From: an uncultured Chloroflexia bacterium
GTDB lineage: Bacteria; Chloroflexota; Limnocylindria; Limnocylindrales; CSP1-4
Reading direction: 5' to 3'
Assembly (NCBI GenBank): GCA_963746405.1
Contig: CAVVAV010000002.1
Coordinates: 908,414 to 972,413, forward strand
Length of the DNA: 64,000 bases
Shown: positions 21,126-30,684 of the stretch, piece by piece
Position numbering within the stretch: position 1 is the stretch's first letter
How the letters are laid out: each line of letters starts with the position of its first letter
Notes under the pieces: model-generated
Told to the model about the DNA's origin: nothing
The model's input: only the letters and a program-made list of their open reading frames with translations
The model's database searches: none
Made by a program: the position numbers and the translations under genes

Positions 21126-23870
21126 GGTACCGAGGCTGGATCCTCCAGCGCGTACGCGACGATCTCGTCGAGGCCCATCGCGGCGCCCTCGGCGACGTAC
21201 CGCTCGAAGTCCTCGGGGCTGAGCACCGATCGCGGCGACGGGGCGTTGAACTGCAAGTAGGTCTCCTCGACATACATCGCGAGGGTCGTCCCGCTGGTCG
21301 CCTGGAGGTGCCGCGCCGCCCCGAACAGTCGCCCGGCGCGGGGCGGGTCCCCGGCGCTGACGGCGATCGACGCGAGGTCGTCGAGGATCAGCGTGATTCC
21401 CGCGACATCACCGGCGTCTCGGAAATGTCCAAGGGCGGCGCGGGCGTTGGCGCGCGCGTCGTCGAACTTCGCCATGCCGATCTGGACGAGGGCGAGCATG
21501 TGCAGCGACCACGCCTCCATCGTGCGGTGGCCCGCCGAGCGATGCAGTTTCAGCGACTCGGTGTACCAATGCTCGGCAGGCGCGGAATCGGACGTGAAGT
21601 AGTGGTAGCTCCCGAGTGCCCAGAGGATGTTCCCTTCGCCGGCCTGGTCGCCGGCCTCGCGATACAGCGCGAGTGCCTCCTCGAGCTTGTGCAGGCCAAC
21701 GACGTACTTCGGTGCCTTCTGCGCCTCCGTCAGAGCCTCTCCGGTCAGACCCATGAGCGGCAGGATGTCTGCGTAGGCGTCGTTGTAGAGCGCGTTCGCG
21801 ATCTCGCGCTTGTCTCCCTGCTCGCGCCAGATCCGGAGCGCTTCGTGGTACCAGCGCTCGGCCGCCGGATGGTCCGCCTGCCAATAGGCGACGCCACCGA
21901 ATGCCTCGGCGAAATGCGCCGCGCAGGTGGGCTCGAGCGACCAGTCCTGGGCCGCCATCGCCTCGAACCGCATCCGCGCCTCGTTCAGGTAGCCGCGCTG
22001 CTGCCAGAAGCGCCATAGCGCGAACCCCATGCGCGCCCCCACGTCCGGGTCTGGCCGGGCCGTCGCCCATTCGAGGGCCGCACGCAGGTTGTCGTGGTCG
22101 CGCTCCAGCCGGTCCAGCCACTCGCGCTGGTCGATGCCCGTCAGGTGCGGCGCCGCCCGTTCGGCCAGGTCGAGCATGGCGTGGGCATGCCGTTCGGCGA
22201 TCGCGTCGGCCTCGCCGCGCGCGACCAGCATCTCGGCCGCGTACTCACGGATGGTCTCGAGCATCGTGAACCGCGGCGGCCCGTCGCCCGTGCCGTCGTC
22301 GATCCGCACAAGGCTCTGGTCGACGAGCGCGCCGAGGCCGTCGAAGACATCGATCCCGAGCTCGTCCGGGGGGCCGCAGACGGTCTCGGCCATCTCGAGC
22401 TCCCAGCCACCACGGAACACCGACAGGCGGTCGACGAGCCGCTTCGCGCCATCGTCGAGCAGGTCGTAGCTCCAGGCGATCGCGCCGCGCAGGGTCTGCT
22501 GCCGCTCCGGCAGGTCGCGGGAACCGGCGGTCAGGAGCCCGAGGTGGTGTTCGAGGCGGGCGAGGATCTGGTCCGGCGTGAGCAGCTTGAGACGCGCCGC
22601 GGCGAGCTCGATGGCCAGCGGCATGCCGTGGAGCCGGGCGGAGATGCCGGCCACGGCCGGTGCGTTCGCATTCGTGACCGTGAACCCGGGCTTGACCGCG
22701 GAACCGCGCGCGATGAACAGGCGGACCGCCTCGAACTGGTTCAGGGCATCGAGGTCGTACTCGCGCAGCTCGCGTGGCAGGTTCAGCCGATCGACCTCCG
22801 AAAGCCGGCTCGCATCCGGCGGCGCGGGGAGACCCGGCACGGGGTACTCCTGCTCACCCGAGACACGCAGCGCGATGCGTGTCGTGACGAGGCAGGCCAG
22901 GTTCGCGCACCGCCGAAGGAGGTCGGCCACGACCGGTCCGGCGCTGACGACCTGCTCGAAGTTGTCGAGGACGACGAGCATCCGCTGCTCCCCGATGTGG
23001 TCGGCAAGTGTGTCGATCGCGGGGCGATTGCGGCTGTCGGCCACACCGAGGGCCCGGCCGATCGTCGCCACCACCAGCTCCGGCGCTCGGACGGGCTCGA
23101 GCGCCACGAACCAGATCCCGTCCGGGAACTCGTCGGCCGCCGCCGCCGCGACCTGCAATGAGAGCCGCGTCTTGCCGGTCCCGCCCGGCCCGGTCAGGCT
23201 CAGCAGGCGGGTCCCACCCAGGAGCTGGACGGCCTCCGCGAGCTCCTTGTCGCGGCCGACGAAGGTCGTGAGCTGGGTGGGCAGGTTGTTCGGCCGCGCA
23301 TCCAGCGAACGCGGCGCGGGGAAGTCGGCAGGCAGGTCATCGATGACCAGCTGGGTGAGACGTTCCGGTGCGAGCAGGTCCTTGAGGCGGTGCTCCCCGA
23401 GGTCGCGGAGGCCGATGCCGTCGGGCAGCGTCGCGGCGACGAGGGTCCGCGTCGTGTCACTCAGCAGCACCTGGCCGCCGTGCGCGACGGCCGCGATGCG
23501 GGCTGTCCGATTGATGGCGTATCCGACGACATCGGCCCCGGTGCTCTCGATCTCGCCGGTGTGCAGCCCCATTCGGACGCGCAGCGCCGACCCCTTCCGG
23601 CCACGGCTCGGCCGCCACGGCCCGTTGCGCTGCGGCCGCCGCCGCGATCGCGTCGGTGGCGCCCGCGAAGATGACGAAGAACGAATCGCCTTCGGTGCTC
23701 TGCTCGTACCCGTCGTGCGCCGCGAAGGCCGCCCGAAGCAGCTCGCGGTGACGGTCGCGGACGTCGCGATACGGACCTGTGCCCAGGTCAAGCTCGAGGC
23801 GTGTCGAGCCCTCGATATCGCTGAACAGGCAAGTGACGGTCCCGGTCGGCGGACCGGATGCAGTGGACAT
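21122..23870 (-). CDS. class III adenylate/guanylate cyclase domain - NB-ARC/AAA ATPase - TPR (STAND) signalling protein; cyclase domain split by a 1-nt frameshift
   Basis: The N-terminal cyclase motifs TVTCLFSDIEGST...EGDSFFVIFAG are in one frame (start 23870). The continuation LRVRMGLHTGEIESTGADVVGYAINRTARI, the P-loop LTGPGGTGKTRL and the long TPR region are in the frame of ORF 21122..23791. The junction is near 23590..23600 (GGCGCTGCG). Confidence 0.6.
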
Positions 23871-23893
23871 GACGACGGCGCGCGGTATCCGGA

Positions 23894-24322
23894 TCAGTGC
23901 CGGCCGGCTTCGGTCAGCGTCCGAAGTCGCCCGGCCAGCCCGCGGAGCAGCGCGAGGGCGACGGTCGGCTGCTCGTTGATCACGGCCTCCAGATCCCACG
24001 TCGCGAGCGCCAGGCAGATGGTCTCGCCGTCTGCGATGACCTGCGCGATGCGCGGCTGGCCGTCGAGGACCGAGAGCTCACCGAAGAAGTCCCCCGGGCC
24101 GAGCGTCGCGATCGTCTCGCCATCGCGGACGACGCGGGTCCCGCCGCTCGCGATCATGAAGAACCCGGTCCCCACCTCGCCCTGACGGGCGATGACGTGA
24201 CCGTCCGTGAAGGCGACCTCGACCGTCCGATCGGCGATCCGCTCGAGGCCGGCGGCATCGACACCGGACAGCAGGGGCGCGGCCGCGAGCAGCTCGGTCC
24301 GGCGGTCGCGCGTCAGCGTCAT
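23894..24322 (-). CDS. cyclic nucleotide-binding domain protein (CNB only)
   Basis: Motif FFGELSVLDGQPRIAQVIA. ATG 24322 gives MTLTRDRRTELLAAAPLL. The stop is 23 nt upstream of the AC-STAND start. Confidence 0.65.
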   Translation of the reverse strand: MTLTRDRRTELLAAAPLLSGVDAAGLERIADRTVEVAFTDGHVIARQGEVGTGFFMIASGGTRVVRDGETIATLGPGDFFGELSVLDGQPRIAQVIADGETICLALATWDLEAVINEQPTVALALLRGLAGRLRTLTEAGRH

Positions 24323-24507
24323 CGGATCCCTCCTGCGAGCGGTGTCGTGACGAGTGTGCCCAATGGTTCGTCCCCCTCGGTCGAGATGCTGCGCCGCCCG
24401 GAGGCGGAGCGTCAAGGTCGGCCGGGCACCACGAGGCGTGCCGATCCGTGCCGCGGGCCGCGGCCTATGGCTTCACGTGGCGACCCGCGCATGGCACCAT
24501 GCGCCCG

Positions 24508-24930
24508 ATGGCCGGCCGGGACGAACTCATGGACGCGATCGCCGGTTTCGGGCTGTTCGCGGACCTGTCGTCGCCGCAGCTCGAGGGGGTGGTCCACACC
24601 TTCGAGGAGGTGGCCTACGCGGAGGGCCAGAAGGTCCTCCATCAGGGTCTCACCGGAGCGGGGTTCCACGTCATCCTCGACGGGGAGGCCGCCGTCCTCG
24701 TCGACGGGGAAGAGCGCGCCCGGCTGGGACGTGGCGACTTCTTCGGAGAGGTCTCGATATTCCTCGGCGAGGCGCCCATCGCCGACGTCGTGGCCACTCG
24801 GTCACTGCGCTGTCTGGTCCTGGCCGGGCCAGGTGTGGAGCCGTTCCTGATCGCCCATCCGCGGGTCATGTACCGGATGCTCCAGGCGCAGGCGCGCCGG
24901 CTGCGGGCGGCGAATCGATGGCGGAGCTGA
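24508..24930 (+). CDS. cyclic nucleotide-binding domain protein (CNB only)
   Basis: Motifs GFGLFADLSSPQLEGVV..GDFFGEVSIFLGEAPIADVVA. It is transcribed divergently from the other CNB gene. Its 3' end overlaps the next gene by 13 nt. Confidence 0.65.
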   Translation: MAGRDELMDAIAGFGLFADLSSPQLEGVVHTFEEVAYAEGQKVLHQGLTGAGFHVILDGEAAVLVDGEERARLGRGDFFGEVSIFLGEAPIADVVATRSLRCLVLAGPGVEPFLIAHPRVMYRMLQAQARRLRAANRWRS

Positions 24931-26468
24931 CGGGGACGGCCGCGGACGACCGCCCGTATCCACCCGGCGACTACCAGGTGGTCGTGATCGGCTCTGGACC
25001 CGGCGGGATTCAGGCCGCGTATTCGCTCGAGCGGCTCGGCCTTCGCCACGCGGCGATCTCCGCGGATCCCGGGCCTGGCGGCATGTTCCGGCGCTGGCCG
25101 TTCTTCCAGCGGCTCCTGTCGTGGACGAAGCCACACGCACCCGCCGAGCGCGGGTCGCGCGCCTACGAACGCTACGACTGGAACAGTCTGCTCGGCGAGG
25201 AGCCTTCGACGCGTGCCCTCCAGCCCGAATTCATGGACGGCACGTCCTACTTCCCGTCACGTCCGGAGATGGAGGCCAACCTGGCCGCGTTCGCGGATCG
25301 GGCCGGCGTCGCGTTCCGCTACGGCTGTCGATGGACCGGGACGTCGCTGGACGATGGGCCGGACGGACGCCGTTTCCTCGTGGAGACCACCGACGGGACG
25401 TATCGGGCCGAGGCGCTCGTCGTCGCCGTGGGCGTCGCCGAGCCGTATACGCCATCGGGGCCTGCGAGCGAGCACGCCCGCCACTATGCGGACGTGCGGC
25501 CTGCCGAGACGTACGCCGGCAAGCGCGTGTTCATCATCGGCAAGCAGAACTCCGGGTTCGAGCTCGCGAACGGCCTGCTGCCGTGGGCACGGCAGCTGGT
25601 GTTGGCGTCGCCGTCGACCGCCCGTCTGTCCGTGGACACACGCTCGCTCCTCGGGGTCCGGGCCCGGTACGTCCAGCCGTACGAGGACCACGTGCTGGGC
25701 GGGGGTGTGGCCATCCTCGATGCCGCGATCGAGCGGATCGAACGGGTGCCGGGTGGCGATGGGGCGTTGACCGTCCACGTCCGGCGGACCGACGGGGGCG
25801 GCGACCTCGTGCTCGAGGTGGACGAGGTCATCTCGGCGACCGGGTTCGTCTGCCCGCTCCAGGACCTTCCCGACCTGGGCGTGACGACGGTCGGTGCCAG
25901 CCGTCTTCCGGCGCAGACCGCCTGGTGGGAGAGCGCGAACGTGCCCGGGATCCATTTCGCCGGCACCATCGGCCAGGGCGCCAAGGGCCTGCAGCGCCAC
26001 GGGCAGCCGAGCAACTCGGGGGCCGTCCACGGAGCCCGGTACAACGCCCGGTTGCTCGCTGCTCGGCTTGCGGCGACGCGCTTCGGGGTCATGCCTGCTC
26101 GACCTCCGGTGGACGCGGCCGATCTGGTCGACCTCGTGACGAGCGAGCTGGCCGACGCGCCCGAGCTGTGGCACCAGCGTGGCTACCTCGCCCGGGTCTT
26201 CACCGCCGACCCTGATGCCGGACTCGTCGATGACGGCGTCCAGCCCCTCAGCCACGTCCTCGATTCGGGTGGGCCGGATGCGCTGGCGGTCACGCTCGAG
26301 GCAGACGGCACCGGCGCCATCTATCCGGTGCTCTACACGCGGATCCGGGGGACGACCGCGGAGCGGGCGCTCGATCCCGATCCGTTGCTGCGCTACGACG
26401 GCCAGGACGCGCGGCGCGCCATCGAGTCGGTCACGCGGACCGTGGCCGCGGACGCCGTCGCGCGATAG
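24918..26468 (+). CDS. FAD/NAD(P)-binding oxidoreductase (flavin monooxygenase/CzcO-like)
   Basis: Two dinucleotide-binding motifs: VVVIGSGPGGIQAAY and KRVFIIGKQNSGFELA. The true start is ATG 24918 inside the long ORF 24354..26468. Confidence 0.6.
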   Translation: MAELTGTAADDRPYPPGDYQVVVIGSGPGGIQAAYSLERLGLRHAAISADPGPGGMFRRWPFFQRLLSWTKPHAPAERGSRAYERYDWNSLLGEEPSTRALQPEFMDGTSYFPSRPEMEANLAAFADRAGVAFRYGCRWTGTSLDDGPDGRRFLVETTDGTYRAEALVVAVGVAEPYTPSGPASEHARHYADVRPAETYAGKRVFIIGKQNSGFELANGLLPWARQLVLASPSTARLSVDTRSLLGVRARYVQPYEDHVLGGGVAILDAAIERIERVPGGDGALTVHVRRTDGGGDLVLEVDEVISATGFVCPLQDLPDLGVTTVGASRLPAQTAWWESANVPGIHFAGTIGQGAKGLQRHGQPSNSGAVHGARYNARLLAARLAATRFGVMPARPPVDAADLVDLVTSELADAPELWHQRGYLARVFTADPDAGLVDDGVQPLSHVLDSGGPDALAVTLEADGTGAIYPVLYTRIRGTTAERALDPDPLLRYDGQDARRAIESVTRTVAADAVAR

Positions 26469-26510
26469 CGCCGTCGCGCGATAGCGCCGTCGCGCGATAG
26501 CGCCGTCGCC
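26454..26510. repeat. perfect tandem repeat (GCCGTCGCGCGATAGC) x3 plus a partial copy
   Basis: Seen directly. The 16-nt unit contains TAG. The first copy provides the stop codon of the oxidoreductase gene. Confidence 0.9.
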
Positions 26511-26527
26511 GGCGCCCTCTTCAGTGG

Positions 26528-27697
26528 CTAGTTCGGCGCCAGGCGGGCGAGCCGCTCGGCGGCGGCCATGAGCGTCTCGAGCCGCTTGGGAAACGCGAAC
26601 CGGACCTTCGTCCGTCCGAGCTCCGGGCGGGAGAAGAACGACGAGCCGGGGACCGCTGCGACCCCCGGGTCCCGGATCAGGCGATGGGCAAAGGCGACGT
26701 CGTCCTCTTCGGTGAGGTCGCGGATGTCGGTCATCACGTAGTACGCGCCCGCCGGCCGATGGACCCGGAACCCGGCGGCCTCGAGCGCAGGCACGAGGAC
26801 CTCGCGCCGTTCGCGGTAGCCCGCCAGCAGGTCGGCGTAGTAAGCGGCCGGGAACCCGAGTGCCGTCACGGCCGCGGCCTGGAGCGGAGCGGCCGCCCCG
26901 ACGGTCAGGAAGTCGTGGACCCGCCTGATGCCGATCGACATGTCGGCCGGTGCGATCGCCCAGCCGATCCGCCAGCCCGTCACGGAGTACGTCTTCGACA
27001 TCGAATGGATCGACACCGTCCGTTCCGCCATCCCGGGGAGCGCCGCCAGCGGGATGTGCTCGCCCTCGAACACAAGATGCTCGTAGATGTCGTCCGTGAA
27101 CGCGATGACATCGAATTCCCGGCACAGGCCGGCGACCAGCTCGAGCTCGTCGCGCGTGAAGACCTTGCCCGTCGGGTTGTGGGGCGAGTTGAGGACGATG
27201 CCGCGCGTCTTCGAGTTGAACGCCCGCCGCAGCTCGTCTGGATCGATCGACCAGTCCGGCTCGTGCAGCGTCACATAGCGTGGCGTCGCGTCGCTGAGGA
27301 TCGCGTCGGGGCCGTAGTTCTCGTAGTACGGCTCGAAGACGATCACCTCGTCGCCGGGATCGAGCAGGCCGAGCATGGCCGCGATCATCGCCTCGGTCGC
27401 GCCGCAGGTGACGGTGATCTGCGTCTCGGGGTCGATGTCGCCCCAGCCCGGGAAATGGCGTGGGGTGGTCTCGGCGATCGCGTCGCGCAGGGGCTTGGAG
27501 CCCCAGGTGATCGCGTACTGGTTGAGATCGGCGTCGACGGCGTCGGCGACGGCGCGCTTGAGCTCGGGCGGGCAGGCGAAGTCGGGAAATCCCTGGGCGA
27601 GGCTGACCGCACCGTGCGCGACCGCCAGTCGATTCATCTCGCGGATGACCGATTCGGTGAAGCGTTCCGCCTTGGCCGAGATCCTCGATGGTCGCAT
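26528..27697 (-). CDS. class I/II (fold-type I) PLP-dependent aminotransferase
   Basis: Motifs NSPHNPTGKVF and SMSKTYSVTGWRIGWAIA (PLP lysine). Start at ATG 27697 (MRPSRISAKAERF). Confidence 0.75.
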   Translation of the reverse strand: MRPSRISAKAERFTESVIREMNRLAVAHGAVSLAQGFPDFACPPELKRAVADAVDADLNQYAITWGSKPLRDAIAETTPRHFPGWGDIDPETQITVTCGATEAMIAAMLGLLDPGDEVIVFEPYYENYGPDAILSDATPRYVTLHEPDWSIDPDELRRAFNSKTRGIVLNSPHNPTGKVFTRDELELVAGLCREFDVIAFTDDIYEHLVFEGEHIPLAALPGMAERTVSIHSMSKTYSVTGWRIGWAIAPADMSIGIRRVHDFLTVGAAAPLQAAAVTALGFPAAYYADLLAGYRERREVLVPALEAAGFRVHRPAGAYYVMTDIRDLTEEDDVAFAHRLIRDPGVAAVPGSSFFSRPELGRTKVRFAFPKRLETLMAAAERLARLAPN

Positions 27698-27910
27698 CGT
27701 CCCGAAGTCTAGGGGGGTTCCGTGGCAGGGAGTGGCGTGGCCTGGTGATGCACATGTTCGTGGCAGGAAGTCGCATCGTCGGGCGATGCAGCTCTGCTGC
27801 ATCACCAAGCCGGCCGGCTGGCTTGCCGAGCCCCAGGACGTTCCGACCGAGCGGCCTGATGCCGCCGAGGTGCATCGCCCAGCGATGACGTGTCCGGCGA
27901 GGCGCGTGCA

Positions 27911-30064
27911 TCAGACCAGGTGGCGCGGGATCCGCTCGCTCCAGTCGCGCTCGAAGAAGCGGGCGCCGTCCACGTCGACCTCGAGCCGCACCGCCAGGTC
28001 GAAGTCGGAGGCGGTGCTCGTCTGGCGGGCATCGGCGCGGATCTCGATGTGGGTCAGCGCTCCGTCCCGTGCCGTCGTGCCGTCCCGACCCGCTTCTCGC
28101 TCCTGCCATCGATAGACGACGTGCGCGTCGAGCTCGGCCCGGGCCGGGTCGTTGTCCCAGGCGGTCATGCGAAGCGTCTCCGCCGCGTACAGACGGCGGC
28201 CATCGGGGACGATCGTCTCAGCGCCGTCGTGGACGTGGACCGTGACGGATCCGGCGATCACATCCTCGTCGATGCGCCAGACCGGCGGGTCCGCGCCGGC
28301 CGGCCCGGCCCCGTCCAGGGCCTCGGCGACGGGCCAGTGCACGTCCGGCGGCTCCGTCCGGAACGCGGGCACGGCCGCGTCGCCCGGGCCGCCGGCGGGC
28401 GGGATCACCGGCAACTCCAGCCTCGACGGGGTGGCGGGCCCACGATGCACCCCGAGAGTGGCGGGGAACGGCGATGGCCACAGTACCGGCCAGAGCGACG
28501 ACGCCAAAGCGACCCGGATCCGATGACCGGGGAGCCATCGATACCCCGCGGTCCGAAGCGGCACCCTGACCTCCTCGACGCGCCCGGGTCGCATCGGCTC
28601 CGGCTGCGCGTGCGACGCACGATGGGTCAGGTTCAGGACCCCGGCGCTTACCAAAGCTACGGTCCCGTCGGGTGACACATCCGCCAGGCGGACGGACAGC
28701 GTGGCGACGGGGGCGTCGACCTCCAAATGGACGACGACCTCGGGCACGCCGAGGATCTCGATCGCCTCGTTGAGGGGTCCGGACGTGTAGGTCGGGCCGG
28801 CATCCTCGTCTCGGCGCAGGTCGCGGGCGAGACCGTTCGGGGCGCCGCCGGCGCCCCATGACAACGCCCCGCGCGTGCCGGCGGTCGGTCGGTGCCGGAA
28901 GCGGTCGACCCCGTCGTCGGCCGATGCGGCGGCGGGCCTCGGAGCCGCCCCGTCCAGGTCGGCGAGACGGCCGACCAGCGGCGCGGCACCCCCGTCGAAG
29001 GCGAGGGCTCGCACGGTCACCTCGGGATGCGGACAGGCCGTGGCGGCCCGCCAGCGGCCAGCCGACGGGCCGGGGAACGCGGCTGGCGGCGTGAACTCGC
29101 GTTCGAACCACACGACCGGCGGCTCGGCATCCCATCCGTTGTCGATCTCGCGCAGATGGCGATCGAAGAAGCGCGCGATCTCATGCAGCTCGTCGATGTT
29201 CGGGCCGGGGCCGGCGTCATGCGGCCAGGAGTGGAACCAGTTGCCGATGAGCGCGTGCGACGGCGCCGGGCAGCGAGCCTGCATCCGGTATGCCGGGTCG
29301 ACGTAGCTGTCGTGCCAACCCCCGATGTTGAAGATCGCCGCCTCGATCGCGCCGTAGTCGGGCGCCAGCGACCCCTGGCGGTAATACGGCCCGTCCGTCT
29401 GATGCCGCAGCCAGGCGAACAGCCAGGGCGGTGTCGCATCGAGCCGTGCGCGCCACTCGTCGCGCCAGGCCGCGCCGCGAAACCCCGCGTCGGGTGGCAT
29501 CGCGTTCATCGCCACCTGGCTCACGGCGTACTGCGACAGCTCGCTGACCGTGACGCACCCGCCGCGGTAGTGGACGTCGTCGAGGTATCGATCATCGGTG
29601 GCCATCACGGGCACGATCGCACGCAGGTGTGGGGGTCGAAGGGCTGCAACCTGGATGGCGGTGAAGCCGCCATAGGAGATCCCCCACATCCCGACCCTGC
29701 CATCGCACCACGGTTGCAAGGCAAGCCACTCGACGACCTCGTAGCCGTCCTGCGTCTCGTCGGCCGTGTACTCATCGAGGGCGACGCCACGGGACGAACC
29801 GGTACCACGGACATCGATGCGACAGAGCGCGAAGCCCCGTGCCGCGAACCATTCGCCGCGGGTCACATCGGAGGCCCGACGCCAGTTGTCCTTGCCGTAC
29901 GGGATCATCTCGAGGATCGCCGGGACGGGGCCACCGACGGGCCGCCAGATGTTGGCCGAGAGCTCGACGCCGTCTCGGACGGCGATGCGCACGTCCCAGT
30001 CGACCACGACCTCGAAGCGGGGCTGCGGGGCCGGTCGGGTGGTCCGGGTGGGCTGCGTGGTCAC
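27911..30064 (-). CDS. CocE/NonD family hydrolase (X-Pro dipeptidyl-peptidase S15-like)
   Basis: Motifs WRPVGGPVPAILEMIPYGKDN and GMWGISYGGFT (Ser nucleophile elbow). Large C-terminal beta-sandwich region. GTG start. Confidence 0.75.
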   Translation of the reverse strand: MTTQPTRTTRPAPQPRFEVVVDWDVRIAVRDGVELSANIWRPVGGPVPAILEMIPYGKDNWRRASDVTRGEWFAARGFALCRIDVRGTGSSRGVALDEYTADETQDGYEVVEWLALQPWCDGRVGMWGISYGGFTAIQVAALRPPHLRAIVPVMATDDRYLDDVHYRGGCVTVSELSQYAVSQVAMNAMPPDAGFRGAAWRDEWRARLDATPPWLFAWLRHQTDGPYYRQGSLAPDYGAIEAAIFNIGGWHDSYVDPAYRMQARCPAPSHALIGNWFHSWPHDAGPGPNIDELHEIARFFDRHLREIDNGWDAEPPVVWFEREFTPPAAFPGPSAGRWRAATACPHPEVTVRALAFDGGAAPLVGRLADLDGAAPRPAAASADDGVDRFRHRPTAGTRGALSWGAGGAPNGLARDLRRDEDAGPTYTSGPLNEAIEILGVPEVVVHLEVDAPVATLSVRLADVSPDGTVALVSAGVLNLTHRASHAQPEPMRPGRVEEVRVPLRTAGYRWLPGHRIRVALASSLWPVLWPSPFPATLGVHRGPATPSRLELPVIPPAGGPGDAAVPAFRTEPPDVHWPVAEALDGAGPAGADPPVWRIDEDVIAGSVTVHVHDGAETIVPDGRRLYAAETLRMTAWDNDPARAELDAHVVYRWQEREAGRDGTTARDGALTHIEIRADARQTSTASDFDLAVRLEVDVDGARFFERDWSERIPRHLV

Positions 30065-30129
30065 GTGCGGAGCATAGGCGGCCCTTGACGCCCGCCACGA
30101 GCGAGTCCACGCCGTGCGACGATGCGGCG

Positions 30130-30684
30130 ATGGAGGGTCGCTTCACCCGGCACACGCGTCGAGTCGCCTACGAGAACGCCTGGATCACGGTCTGGCACGA
30201 CGAGGTGACCCGACCGGACGGGAATCCCGGGATCTATGGCGTCGTGCATTTCGCGAACGTGGCCGTGGGCGTGGTGGCGATCGACGACGAGGATCGGATC
30301 GTGCTGGTCGGGCAACACCGCTACACGCTCGACCAGGGATCGTGGGAGATCCCCGAAGGAGGCGTCCCGAGCGACGAGTCGCCGCTGTTCGGTGCGGAAC
30401 GTGAGCTGCGCGAGGAGACCGGCCTGACCGCGACGACCTGGACGGAGCTGTGCCGGATCGACCTCTCGAACTCGGTCACCGACGAGACCGCGATCCTCTT
30501 CGTCGCGAGGGGCCTGACCCAGGGCGAGCCGGCACCCGAGCCGACCGAATCCCTCGAGGTCCGTTGGGTGCCATTCGACGAGGCGCTCGCGATGACGCAC
30601 GACGGACGCATCACCGACGCGATGAGCGTCGTCGCGATCCAGCGCGTGGCCCTGGAACGGATCGCCGGTGGCGGAGTGGCGTGA
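30130..30684 (+). CDS. NUDIX hydrolase
   Basis: Nudix box GGVPSDESPLFGAERELREETGL. Confidence 0.7.
   Translation: MEGRFTRHTRRVAYENAWITVWHDEVTRPDGNPGIYGVVHFANVAVGVVAIDDEDRIVLVGQHRYTLDQGSWEIPEGGVPSDESPLFGAERELREETGLTATTWTELCRIDLSNSVTDETAILFVARGLTQGEPAPEPTESLEVRWVPFDEALAMTHDGRITDAMSVVAIQRVALERIAGGGVA

Noticed and set aside
24354-24917. N-terminal extension of the flavoprotein ORF
   Set aside because: The upstream part is Arg/Pro-rich junk that overlaps the CNB gene, which lies in another frame. The Rossmann motif follows ATG 24918.
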